Positions 32,157-41,421 of a stretch of DNA of 64,000 nucleotides are shown piece after piece. The stretch lies in assembly GCA_965216785.1 (NCBI GenBank), contig OZ244197.1, positions 128,001 to 192,000 on the forward strand, read 5' to 3'. The notes beneath the pieces are model-generated. The model made no database searches and was not told where the DNA came from. It was given only the letters and a program-made list of their open reading frames with translations. The stretch's first letter is position 1; every line of letters begins with the position of its first letter. A program made the translations under genes and the position numbers. The stretch is from Thermodesulfobacteriota bacterium. Lineage in GTDB: Bacteria > Desulfobacterota_D > UBA1144 > Nemesobacterales > UBA2774.

Positions 32157-33035
32157 ATGATTCACGGCTCTCTTGTCGCCATCGTAACACCTTTCAAAAA
32201 CGGCGCAGTAGACGAAGAAGCGCTAATAAATTTGATAGAATTCCAGATAGAGAACGGAACGCACGGTATTGTCCCGTGCGGGACCACAGGGGAGTCCCCT
32301 ACCCTTTCGCATGAAGAGCACGAGCATGTAATCGAGCTTACTGTAAAAATTGTAAATAAGAGGGTCCCCGTGATTGCGGGCACAGGCTCGAACAGCACGA
32401 AAGAGGCGATCAGACTGACCAGGTTTGCAGAGCAGGCGGGGGCAGACGGCGCGCTCCTTGTTACTCCATATTACAATAAACCTACACAGGAAGGGTTGTA
32501 CCAGCATTTTAAGCACATATCAGCTCAGTCTGGTATTCCTCTAATTCTTTACAATATTCCCGGAAGAGCCGGTGTTAACATGGCGCCTGAAACAATAGCC
32601 AGGCTGGCAGGGGAATGTAAGAATATAGTCGGCGTTAAAGAGGCCTCAGGCTCTCTGTCCCAAGCAAGTAAGACGCTTTACCTATGCGGAGAGGATTTTC
32701 TGGTGCTTTCGGGAGAAGACGCGCTTAACTTTCCGCTCCTGGCAATTGGCGCAAGAGGGTTTATCACGGTTACGGCTAATGTTGCCCCTGCGGATGTGGC
32801 CGCAATGTACGACACCTTTTCGGCAGGTGAGTTTGAAAAAGCAAAAGAGCTTCACTACAAGTTACTACCCCTTAACGAAGCTTTATTTATCGAGACCAAC
32901 CCCATACCGGTTAAGGCCGCGCTCAGTATGATGGATAGAATTAAGTACGAGTACCGCTACCCGCTTTGTGAGATGGCGCCTGAAAATTATGAGAAGCTAA
33001 AAGAAGCTGTTTCAAATTATGGTCTCATAGGATAA
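32157..33035 (+). CDS. dapA: 4-hydroxy-tetrahydrodipicolinate synthase
   Basis: GTTGE, PYYNKP, LYNIPGR, GVKEA and ETNPIPVK motifs. Confidence 0.97.
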   Translation: MIHGSLVAIVTPFKNGAVDEEALINLIEFQIENGTHGIVPCGTTGESPTLSHEEHEHVIELTVKIVNKRVPVIAGTGSNSTKEAIRLTRFAEQAGADGALLVTPYYNKPTQEGLYQHFKHISAQSGIPLILYNIPGRAGVNMAPETIARLAGECKNIVGVKEASGSLSQASKTLYLCGEDFLVLSGEDALNFPLLAIGARGFITVTANVAPADVAAMYDTFSAGEFEKAKELHYKLLPLNEALFIETNPIPVKAALSMMDRIKYEYRYPLCEMAPENYEKLKEAVSNYGLIG

Positions 33036-33091
33036 GCCTGCCTTGTTCAAAGCTACTAGTCTTCGGTTAAAACAAAAAATACTAAATCTTT

Positions 33092-33330
33092 CTTCTTTTC
33101 CTGGATGAAAAGAAGCAAAAATCACCGCCTAGACATAAATTACGCTAAAAATGAACCCTGGAAGCTAAACCTTATAATTCCTCCCACACCCCGTATAAGG
33201 TTCTTAACGCTTCCATGCTTCATTTTCTTAACGCTATTTATGTATGTCGGAAACTATTCACCCTTCAACAAGTTCAGGGTGATCGGGTTTATCCCCCTCA
33301 CCTTTAATCCTCCCCCACAGAGGGGGGAGG
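33092..33330. repeat. Cluster of intergenic palindromes (REP/MITE-like)
   Basis: Hairpins at 33092-33115, 33133-33243 (long, with two identical internal loops), 33258-33282 and 33309-33330. Confidence 0.7.
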
Positions 33331-33456
33331 AAATTAACAGGCATATGACCAACAATCCACCCTTTTGATTTTGGGTATTGAGTTGGATATTTTAATGTCA
33401 TATACGAGATAGTCCTGCCCTAAAGAGGAGATAAAAAGGATGGAGGGTAATTTCAT

Positions 33457-34053
33457 ATGAGTCCGCCTGACCTGATAATTGAAAATTCTATTTGGGAAAA
33501 GGGGAAGATGCCCGCGGGAGTGGACGAGGCGGGGAGAGGACCGCTCGCCGGACCGGTTGTGGCTGCCTGCGTGATACTCCCGAAAGACTGTGAAATAAGA
33601 GGCCTTAACGACTCTAAAAAACTCTCTGAAAAACGTAGAAGGCTCGTTCTAGCAGACATAAGAAGAAAAGCCGTAGCCCTGGCAGTCGGTATAGTGGAAC
33701 CTGAGGAGATCGACAAGATAAACATACTGAGAGCCGCCCTTTTGGCTATGGAAATATCGATCACCAATCTACATGACAGACCCGATTATCTCCTCATAGA
33801 CGGGAACCAGAGAATATCCCTCCATATACCCCAGGAAACAGTGGTAAAAGGAGACTCCAAGTGCGGATCAATCGCCGCAGCTTCCGTGCTGGCAAAGGTG
33901 ATAAGGGACTATATAATGGAGAAGTACCACGCCATGTACCCAGCTTACAACTTCCTTAAACATAAAGGCTATCCAACTAAAGAGCACCTTGAAGCGATCA
34001 GAGAATACGGCCCATGTCCTATTCACAGAAGGAGTTTTCGGGGAGTATTGTAA
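33457..34053 (+). CDS. rnhB: Ribonuclease HII
   Basis: GVDEAGRGPLAGPV, DSKKL, LIDG, SIAAASVLAKV and HKGY motifs. Confidence 0.97.
   Translation: MSPPDLIIENSIWEKGKMPAGVDEAGRGPLAGPVVAACVILPKDCEIRGLNDSKKLSEKRRRLVLADIRRKAVALAVGIVEPEEIDKINILRAALLAMEISITNLHDRPDYLLIDGNQRISLHIPQETVVKGDSKCGSIAAASVLAKVIRDYIMEKYHAMYPAYNFLKHKGYPTKEHLEAIREYGPCPIHRRSFRGVL
33979..34043 (+). repeat. Direct repeat copy 1 (rnhB 3' end)
   Basis: 57/65 identity to 35019-35083 by manual alignment. Confidence 0.9.
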
Positions 34054-34219
34054 GATCGTATGCGTTTAATTCTAGTGCGGGAATTCGGAAATTAGTTAGG
34101 GAATCGTCTCCTGTTTCTCTCATATGTAGTCTGCATATACAAACCCTTCAAATTAGCTTAAATCTGCTTTATAATCTGTTCGTAATAGTTTACATAAATA
34201 ACATTAGGGGGGGTTGAAT

Positions 34220-35008
34220 ATGGTGCGGACAGTTAAGTATTCCCTGATAATATCTTTATTTTTATCAATTACTTTCTATAGTGGTTATTCCCACGCCGCA
34301 ACGTTAATCATAGAGAACAATACGAAGCTGACTATTGAGGTATTTAAAAATAGTGAGCGCCAACTCAATGCGGAGTTTCTTGCTGTTGTACCACCGGAGA
34401 CCGAGTACAGAATTGATGGTAATAAAAAAGGTGTATGGAATATCCATATCTGGGCTCTTGTGCCCGGCAAATCGGAAAAGGAATATCCGAGAATTAGCAA
34501 AACGGTAGTGCTCAATAGCGATTCTTCAGTCGAAAGAATAATGGTTTTAGACAAGGATTTCGGTAAGAGCGCTATAGTGGGGCCCTCCTGCGATCCCTCC
34601 ATGGGAGGCAAATATTCAAATTTTTTAAAGAGGATTGCGGTACCGACAGATAAATCCGGTTATGGTGAATGTAAAGATTACGGATGGTGGGGCAATACTT
34701 CTTACGCAGGTCATCAGAACCTGCCCAAAGGCTACTGGGTCTATGTGTATCCCGACTGGTATATATGGGGGGAGAGTAAAACCGGGAGAACCTCCACAAA
34801 GAAGACAAGTGGGTGCGATACTACAATGGGCGGTAAGTATTCCGATAAATTAAGGACCGTGAGTGTGCCCGATGATGTGCGTGAATACGGTAAGTGCAGA
34901 GACTATGGCTGGTGGTCAGGAACAGAATATAAAGGGCATAAGAACCTTCCACCCGGGTACTGGGTTTATGATGCACCAAATTGGGTTATTTACGGGAAGA
35001 AGAAGTAA
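34220..35008 (+). CDS. Secreted hypothetical protein with two C-terminal ~60-aa Trp/Tyr/Gly-rich repeats
   Basis: Signal peptide; two copies of CD..MGGKYS..L....VP.D...YG.C.DYGWW..T.Y.GH.NLP.GYWVY..P.W.I.G; candidate promoter TTCAAA-N17-TATAAT at 34147-34175. Confidence 0.8.
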   Translation: MVRTVKYSLIISLFLSITFYSGYSHAATLIIENNTKLTIEVFKNSERQLNAEFLAVVPPETEYRIDGNKKGVWNIHIWALVPGKSEKEYPRISKTVVLNSDSSVERIMVLDKDFGKSAIVGPSCDPSMGGKYSNFLKRIAVPTDKSGYGECKDYGWWGNTSYAGHQNLPKGYWVYVYPDWYIWGESKTGRTSTKKTSGCDTTMGGKYSDKLRTVSVPDDVREYGKCRDYGWWSGTEYKGHKNLPPGYWVYDAPNWVIYGKKK

Positions 35009-35018
35009 CTATTTCAAC

Positions 35019-35083
35019 AAAGAGCACATTGTAGCGATAAGAGAGCACCGCCCATGTCCTATTCATAGGAGGAGTTTTCGGGG
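35019..35083 (+). repeat. Direct repeat copy 2 (degenerate rnhB 3' fragment)
   Basis: Translates KEHIVAIREHRPCPIHRRSFRG versus RnhB KEHLEAIREYGPCPIHRRSFRG. Confidence 0.9.
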
Positions 35084-35159
35084 GCGGGTCGATTTAATAG
35101 TCACGGCAAACGACATATCCTTACTGGCAGAGAAGTTCTTATGCCTTTCGAGCGTAATA

Positions 35160-36086
35160 TTAAATATTGATCCTTAAGCCGCCGCCCAGGAAAAAGAGGG
35201 TATCGAAGTCTTCTTTTTCGATCCTGTCGCCGCCGCGGTCCTCAAGCTCCATCTCACCCAGAAAACCGGCTCCCGAATAAAACTCGAGCCTTAGAGCCTT
35301 GTTGATATCATAATATATGCTCCCCCAAACGGGCAGAACTTTAACATCCCCTACTCCGTTCGGAGCGACTCCGTCTTTATCGAGCCTGAACCGCCCGAAT
35401 TCGTAACCTCCGGTGGCCGCAATACCAAAGCCCCGGGCAAGATCGTACGACAAGCGCACCCTTGGACCAAGCTCTGTTTTTACACCGGTTATAAGTGAGG
35501 AGAGACGAAGCTTGTTTGTTATCTGCCAGTTAAGGATAGCGCCCGGAACAACAAGCACATCGTCCTCTAATCTGCTTGCTATAAATACACCCGCGCCAAC
35601 TAGGAATGTTCTTCCGCGTGAGTAAGTGAAACCAAGTGTTCCTCCGCCTGTGAGTGAGTCGCCGAAATCCGCGCCGCTCTCGCCTCTGAACCTTATAAAC
35701 GGCCCGCCGCCGACGCCCCAGTTTTCATTTATTTGATAGTTGACCCTGAGCCCGAGCCCCGCCCTGTTTATTAATCCCCAGGGGTTAAGCCCCGCCAGAC
35801 CCTTGCTCCCTGAAAAATCATAGTCGGTAAACCCATACGTAGCGTCCAGGCTCATACTCCACTGAGCTCCCAACTGACGCTTGAGATCGCCGCTGATACT
35901 GAACCTGTTGATATTGAATTCGCCGCCCCCGTCGAGGTCAGTGTCAAAGCCGTACTCGTAGCTTGAAGATAGCTCGGACTTGAAACTCTTTATAAATGGG
36001 GCGCCTTCCTGTACTCCCGGCGGCTGGGGAAAGGCAATTGTAGGATAAAGCAGAATAAGCACAAGGAATATGGAATATATTCTCAA
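35160..36086 (-). CDS. Outer-membrane beta-barrel protein (DUF6268-like)
   Basis: Signal peptide, alternating amphipathic beta strands, terminal beta strand. Confidence 0.7.
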   Translation of the reverse strand: MRIYSIFLVLILLYPTIAFPQPPGVQEGAPFIKSFKSELSSSYEYGFDTDLDGGGEFNINRFSISGDLKRQLGAQWSMSLDATYGFTDYDFSGSKGLAGLNPWGLINRAGLGLRVNYQINENWGVGGGPFIRFRGESGADFGDSLTGGGTLGFTYSRGRTFLVGAGVFIASRLEDDVLVVPGAILNWQITNKLRLSSLITGVKTELGPRVRLSYDLARGFGIAATGGYEFGRFRLDKDGVAPNGVGDVKVLPVWGSIYYDINKALRLEFYSGAGFLGEMELEDRGGDRIEKEDFDTLFFLGGGLRINI

Positions 36087-36233
36087 TTACACAACTCCCG
36101 CAATTTTATCCTTAGAGTTGCATAAATCGTAAATGTGTCAAGGCAGCGATCCAGTGTCCGCTAGGGAGGACTGAACCATTTATACTCGACGCTGTAGATA
36201 AAGATATTCGATTTAGACGAAGGCTAAAGAGCT

Positions 36234-36893
36234 TTAGTCGGGCTGTTTTACCAATCTTAAGTATGGCTTAAGGGTTTTCCAGCCGTCGGGGAACATCTCC
36301 TGCGCTTCCTCGTTGGATACCGAAGGTACGATGATGACTTCGTCGCCGCTCTGCCAGTTGACCGGCGTGGCAAGTTTGTGCCTGGCCGTTAGCTGCATGG
36401 AATCTAGCACCCGGAGGATCTCGTCAAAGTTACGGCCCGTGGTCATTGGGTATGTAAGCGTTAGCTTTATTTTCTTGTCAGGACCGATGATAAAAACACT
36501 ACGCACCGTAGCGTTGGTAGCGGCGGTACGTCCCTCGGAGGTGCCTTCTTCCTCAGCGGGCAGCATGTTGTAGAGTTTGGCTACCGCTAGATCGGTGTCG
36601 CCGATCATTGGGTAGTTTACGGCATGGCCCTGGGTCTCCTCTATATCTTTTGCCCATTCACTGTGGTCCTGGACCGGATCTACGCTTAGGCCTATGACTT
36701 TACAGTTACGCTTGGCAAATTCAGGCGCAAGCTTAGCCATGTAGCCAAGCTCTGTAGTACATACAGGCGTAAAATCTTTAGGGTGTGAAAATAGGATTGC
36801 CCATCCATCACCAATCCATTCATGGAAATTGATTGTGCCCTCGGTCGTGGCTGCCGTAAAATTCGGCGCTTCATCATTGATTCTTAATGACAT
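36234..36893 (-). CDS. 1-Cys peroxiredoxin (Prx6)
   Basis: FSHPKDFTPVCTTE and TGRNFDEILR motifs. Confidence 0.95.
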   Translation of the reverse strand: MSLRINDEAPNFTAATTEGTINFHEWIGDGWAILFSHPKDFTPVCTTELGYMAKLAPEFAKRNCKVIGLSVDPVQDHSEWAKDIEETQGHAVNYPMIGDTDLAVAKLYNMLPAEEEGTSEGRTAATNATVRSVFIIGPDKKIKLTLTYPMTTGRNFDEILRVLDSMQLTARHKLATPVNWQSGDEVIIVPSVSNEEAQEMFPDGWKTLKPYLRLVKQPD

Positions 36894-37235
36894 TGTAATG
36901 TTCCCCCCTGGGATTTAATTTTACAGTTTAATATACGCTAAACTATGCTCTCTGAAACCAATACCCATCTAGATGTATCAAACGATACAACGAGTATATT
37001 AATCCCCTGAATAAATTATTCAACCGACTTTAACATATTATCCTAATATATCTTAAGTTTCTGAGTCAACCCCAAATCCTCCAGCTATCTGGTTGTTGAT
37101 AAATAAACATATTAGCTATATATTTCGTGCTAGTAGGAAAAAATATATTGGTGATCAATATCTTGAACCTTGGCTCCGGTATCTATTAACATCGTAGAAT
37201 TAAAATAATCCGCTTACTAAGTAAAGGAGGATTTC

Positions 37236-37928
37236 ATGAAAGCCGATAGAAATTTAATATATTTAATCGCGCTCATATTGTCTGTAGCAACTTTGGGCAT
37301 TGATTATTCAGCGGCGGAAGTACTATGCAGAAATAATAAAAGAGACGTTCTAAAATTAAGACCCGATCAGTGCGCGAAGAATGAAACACAGGTCGACCCT
37401 AGTGATATCGAAACAGACACTGCGCTCAACCCCGAGCGTTGGAGCTGGCTCGGTGAAGATGACGGTACATACTGGTATGTCCCGACACCGAGCCTCCCCG
37501 CAGTACAATGGGATTCGTCTGCCCCTAAAGACTACTCACCGGTAATGGATCAGACGGTATGGCATATAGAGCGTTATGAGAACGGATATTTCTTCGGCCC
37601 CATAGTCGCTCAAATAGGCGTGCAGCCTCCGATATGCCAGTATATGATAGGCTCTGTGACCCCAAACGGCAGAGTATATATAGCCTTTAACCCGCTCAGT
37701 ACTATTCCTATAGGCAGTCCTTCTCTCACAATCGGTTTAGGTCAGATGGTTCTAAAGCAAGGAGAGTGGACATTTAACATGCAGATGGCTTCGGGGACCT
37801 CATCGAACCAGGTCGCGCACTGGGCATTTATGCTAGAGTGCAGCCCCGGTGAACAATGCTGGGATAATCTGCCGGGAGCGCAGAAGAGCCTTACCGAGTT
37901 TCTCTCAAACTGTGAAACCGATAATTAG
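37236..37928 (+). CDS. Secreted hypothetical protein
   Basis: AAGGAGG RBS, signal peptide, several Cys pairs, TYWYVP and DQTVWHI..Y.NGYF.G motifs. Confidence 0.7.
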   Translation: MKADRNLIYLIALILSVATLGIDYSAAEVLCRNNKRDVLKLRPDQCAKNETQVDPSDIETDTALNPERWSWLGEDDGTYWYVPTPSLPAVQWDSSAPKDYSPVMDQTVWHIERYENGYFFGPIVAQIGVQPPICQYMIGSVTPNGRVYIAFNPLSTIPIGSPSLTIGLGQMVLKQGEWTFNMQMASGTSSNQVAHWAFMLECSPGEQCWDNLPGAQKSLTEFLSNCETDN

Positions 37929-37994
37929 AGCTTTATTGTGGAGCTATTATAGAGAAGTATCCTGCTTGTGATGGCCCTGCTCTAACGAGTGAAA

Positions 37995-38720
37995 TTATTC
38001 CACTACGGTTACGGACTCGATGACAATGACCTCTTCGGGGACGTCTCCGGGACCGACCTTGACCGCGGCGATCTCGTCGACAACGTCCATGCCATCGACT
38101 ACTCTTCCGAACACCGCGTATCCGAAGTCTCTGACTCCGTGGTTCAGGAAGTCGTTGTCCACGTGATTAATGAAGAACTGGGCGGTAGCGCTGTCTACAT
38201 CACCTGTTCTGGCCATAGCGAGCGTGCCCCTATCGTTCTTAAGTCCGTTTCTGGCTTCGTTCTTAATAGGCTCTTTAGTGGGTTTTTGCTGCATATCGGT
38301 CGATATACCGCCGCCCTGTATCATAAAGTTATTTATAACACGGTGGAATATCGTGTTATCATAAAATCCGTCGTTAACGTACCCGAGAAAGTTCTCAACT
38401 GTTATCGGGGCATTTTCCTGATCAAGCTCTATTTTTATATCACCTTTCGAAGTCTTCATAAGCACCATAGGATTTCCTCCTTCAGTTTTAGTAGCCGCTT
38501 CATCCGCAGATTCAGGTCCAGGGGTCGGTTCAGATTGCTCATTTTCATCGTTTGTTCCAGCTACTTCGTTGTGTTTTTGTTCTTGTTTAACTTCACTTTC
38601 AGTGGTCTCTGTACCAATATCTTCATTCTGTTTGCAAGCGAATGACAAAATTATCATCGATATTAACGATATAAACAAGAGATTTTTAGTTAAACTCGTT
38701 CTGAGAACTAGGGGATTCAT
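37995..38720 (-). CDS. Cyclophilin-type peptidyl-prolyl isomerase, probable lipoprotein
   Basis: Lipobox-like SFAC, acidic linker, [19 protein letters not shown] and YAVFG motifs. Confidence 0.93.
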   Translation of the reverse strand: MNPLVLRTSLTKNLLFISLISMIILSFACKQNEDIGTETTESEVKQEQKHNEVAGTNDENEQSEPTPGPESADEAATKTEGGNPMVLMKTSKGDIKIELDQENAPITVENFLGYVNDGFYDNTIFHRVINNFMIQGGGISTDMQQKPTKEPIKNEARNGLKNDRGTLAMARTGDVDSATAQFFINHVDNDFLNHGVRDFGYAVFGRVVDGMDVVDEIAAVKVGPGDVPEEVIVIESVTVVE

Positions 38721-38867
38721 TATGAGGAAGCCTCCATTGATTTAAATAGCGTTTGTTAACTTATAGGAAATACTTGCGTGTGTCAATCTTAAGCCACATT
38801 AATATTTGATTAGATTTATGCGGTCTGTTAAAGTGAATCAGAGGGCTACTAAATACACAAAAGGACA

Positions 38868-39806
38868 ATGGATATGAGCAGAATCGATTTTGGCGTAATG
38901 CTGAGGCAGCAGAAGATAGAATACTCGCAAATAAAAGAAACAGCGCAGCTCTGTGATGAGCTCGGCTACCATTCGGTGTGGCTGTATGACCATATTCTCG
39001 GAATGGGCGCAATTGAAATGGACATATACGAGGCTTGGACGCTGATGAGCGCGCTGGCCGAGGCGACAGAGAATATAAAAGTTGGGACTATGGTGCTCTG
39101 TAACTCGTTCAGGCCGCCCGCGCTGCTAGCTAAAATGGCCGCAACACTAGATGTTATAAGCGGTGGGAGACTCGAGTTCGCACTCGGCGCAGGATGGTTC
39201 GAGCCCGAGTATAAGGCATATGGATACCCATATCCAGATAACGCAACAAGGGTCACACAACTGCGCGAAGCCGTGCAGATAATAAGGTCTATGTGGACCG
39301 AGGAGAAGGCAAGTTTTAATGGGAGACATTACAGGATTGAGGAGGCTTACTGCAACCCAAAACCCGTGCAGAACCCCCACCCGCCGATTATGCTCGGAGG
39401 GGCTGGGGAAAAGTATATGCTGCCCCTTATAGCAGAGCTTGCCGACGAGTGGAACTGCCCGGCCACACATGTACCGGAATATGACACGAAGCTCGCCGCG
39501 CTTAAAAAATATTGCGAACAAGTCGGAAGGGATGTAAACGAAATTGCCATATCGCAGCAGACCGTGTGCGTGCTGGCGAGGGACGAGGCTGAGTATGCTG
39601 AGAAGCTGCCGAAAGCTCAGAAACGCTACGGGTTTTTCGGAGATATTGAGACACTGGGAATCACTGGCACACCGGAGCAATGCATCGAGAAAATAAGACG
39701 GAATGAGGAGAAAGGCGTAACTAAATACACTATATTCTTCTCAGACATTATGAACCACGATACGATAAGGTTTTTCGCAGAGGAAGTAATGTCTGCGTTT
39801 GACTGA
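38868..39806 (+). CDS. LLM-class flavin/F420-dependent oxidoreductase
   Basis: WLYDH, FRPPALLAKMAATLDVISGGR, GAGW...EY and PKPVQNPHPP motifs. Confidence 0.9.
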   Translation: MDMSRIDFGVMLRQQKIEYSQIKETAQLCDELGYHSVWLYDHILGMGAIEMDIYEAWTLMSALAEATENIKVGTMVLCNSFRPPALLAKMAATLDVISGGRLEFALGAGWFEPEYKAYGYPYPDNATRVTQLREAVQIIRSMWTEEKASFNGRHYRIEEAYCNPKPVQNPHPPIMLGGAGEKYMLPLIAELADEWNCPATHVPEYDTKLAALKKYCEQVGRDVNEIAISQQTVCVLARDEAEYAEKLPKAQKRYGFFGDIETLGITGTPEQCIEKIRRNEEKGVTKYTIFFSDIMNHDTIRFFAEEVMSAFD

Positions 39807-39820
39807 TTAAAAAAAACCAA

Positions 39821-40165
39821 TCAGCCGTCTTTCGTAGCAAAGTCCTCTACCTTGCTCGCAAAATCGTTAGCGAAATCCCTCATCATCTGAGCAATATCTT
39901 CATTGTTGGTCGCCCTCTGATACGTATCGGCCATTTTCATCATCATGTAGTAGTAGTGTGCGTTCATCTCCCCGACCTCCATCTCCTTTGTCCAGAGGTC
40001 GATGCTCATTGTGTTTTTCTCGCTCCGGTCCCACATGGATATCATGAGGGCGTCGCAAGACTGAAACCCCTCTGTCTCGGCTTCGCTCGCGCTCCAGAGA
40101 ATATCCAGTGGGGCGTTCTCGGAATCAAGCTTAACAACAAAGTTAATCTCTGCTTCTTTAGACAT
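39821..40165 (-). CDS. gldC: GldC-like protein
   Basis: Recognised from memory: I.F.V.LD...P..I.W.A, SMWD......IDLWTKEM.V.EM and MADTY.RAT patterns of the GldC family. Confidence 0.75.
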   Translation of the reverse strand: MSKEAEINFVVKLDSENAPLDILWSASEAETEGFQSCDALMISMWDRSEKNTMSIDLWTKEMEVGEMNAHYYYMMMKMADTYQRATNNEDIAQMMRDFANDFASKVEDFATKDG

Positions 40166-40223
40166 AAGAATACTCCTAATATATTGATATTATTGAACTA
40201 TTGACATCATATGCAGCGAATTA

Positions 40224-41069
40224 TTAATCGACACCCCAAAAATCAGGCCTGCGTTTCTCCATAAAAGCATTTGCTCCCTCTACCATTTCGGGGGCCTTCA
40301 TGAAGAACCTGGCAAGCTCAAGCCCGTGCGAAATCTGAGGGTGCGCCATATCGGAGGCATAATTTATCTGTAGTTTGGCGATCCTGAGCGACTGTCTTGA
40401 TTTCTGAAGGAGGCTCTTGCACCAGGCATCGACTTCCTTGTCGAGGTCCTCTTTAGGAACGACTTTATTAACCCAGCCCATGTCTGCCGCCTGCTGCGCG
40501 GTATAGCGGTCGCAGAGGTATACGATCTCTCTTGCCTTCTTGTCGCCCACGGAATGCTGGAGCCCCTGGAGTCCGTACCAGATGGGGACGCTGCCTACGA
40601 GCGGGCCCGCTTGAGCAAATATCGAGGTGTCCGAGGCTATGGTGAGGTCGCAGAGCATATTGAGCTCGTTCCCACCGCCCACGCAGTAACCGTCCACACG
40701 GGCTATGATGGGTTTACCGCAGCAGCGCATCGCCGTTGCCAGTCTGTAGTGAACAAGCATGAATTTAGCATCAACCTTCTTTTTGGGATCGGGGATCCAG
40801 GAAAGATCGCCCCCTGCTGAAAACGCCTTGCCCCCCGCGCCTGTTAGCACAATGACGCCTATTTTGTCGTCAAGCCACGCGTCTTCAAATGCCTGAGCAA
40901 GCTCTTCACGGGTCTGTGTGTTTAGGGCGTTACGGGTCTCAGGCCGGTTGATCGTGACGTATGCTACCTTCCTCTTTTTCTCGTACAGCACGTTCTTTAA
41001 ATTAAGCCCGTGGTTTTTCTTTACGGCTCTCTTTTTTGTTTTTGTAGTTGTTGATTTGGCTCTGGGCAT
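40224..41069 (-). CDS. Crotonase-family enzyme, MenB/BadI-like
   Basis: INRPETRNA, AFSAGGD, GYCVGGG, GP.VGS and AFMEKRRPDF motifs. Confidence 0.8.
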   Translation of the reverse strand: MPRAKSTTTKTKKRAVKKNHGLNLKNVLYEKKRKVAYVTINRPETRNALNTQTREELAQAFEDAWLDDKIGVIVLTGAGGKAFSAGGDLSWIPDPKKKVDAKFMLVHYRLATAMRCCGKPIIARVDGYCVGGGNELNMLCDLTIASDTSIFAQAGPLVGSVPIWYGLQGLQHSVGDKKAREIVYLCDRYTAQQAADMGWVNKVVPKEDLDKEVDAWCKSLLQKSRQSLRIAKLQINYASDMAHPQISHGLELARFFMKAPEMVEGANAFMEKRRPDFWGVD

Positions 41070-41227
41070 AATTTCCTCCTATGCGCTATGTTATGGAATT
41101 CACAATTGTAACTTTAAAGCTATGCACTTGTCGATAAATATTTTTTCTGAATCAATAGATACTGGGAATATGTCAAAGAAAGAGGGTGATTGAATAAAGA
41201 TAAAACTGTTTAGCTCTTAAATAGAAA

Positions 41228-41371
41228 CTACCAGGGGAGCTTGTTCATCAGAGGAGCAAGCTGCGGGCCGAAGAAAGCGACTGTGGCTATGAGAGCTATA
41301 AAACCGGCCACACCAGTGCAAAGTCCCGCTACTACCATCTGACTGATCACTTCAAGGTGTTTTTCGTCCAT
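41228..41371 (-). CDS. 47-aa single-TM protein at end of ACIII operon (MDEKHLEVISQMVVAGLCTGVAGFIALIATVAFFGPQLAPLMNKLPW)
   Basis: AAAGGAG RBS 7 nt upstream of ATG; 50 bp downstream of actF stop; one hydrophobic helix; not in ORF track. Confidence 0.65.
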   Translation of the reverse strand: MDEKHLEVISQMVVAGLCTGVAGFIALIATVAFFGPQLAPLMNKLPW

Positions 41372-41421
41372 TTTTAACTCCTTTCGCCTTAATTAGAGCG
41401 CTTATTCATTCCTATACCGCT

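Noticed and set aside
33105-33368. 87-aa ORF between dapA and rnhB
   Set aside because: Spans palindromic elements and has no RBS; better explained as structured non-coding DNA.
34863-35177. 104-aa ORF containing an RnhB-like C-terminus
   Set aside because: Out-of-frame overlap with the real gene plus the duplicated rnhB fragment; not an independent gene.
37989-38645. 218-aa plus-strand ORF
   Set aside because: Antisense shadow of the cyclophilin gene.
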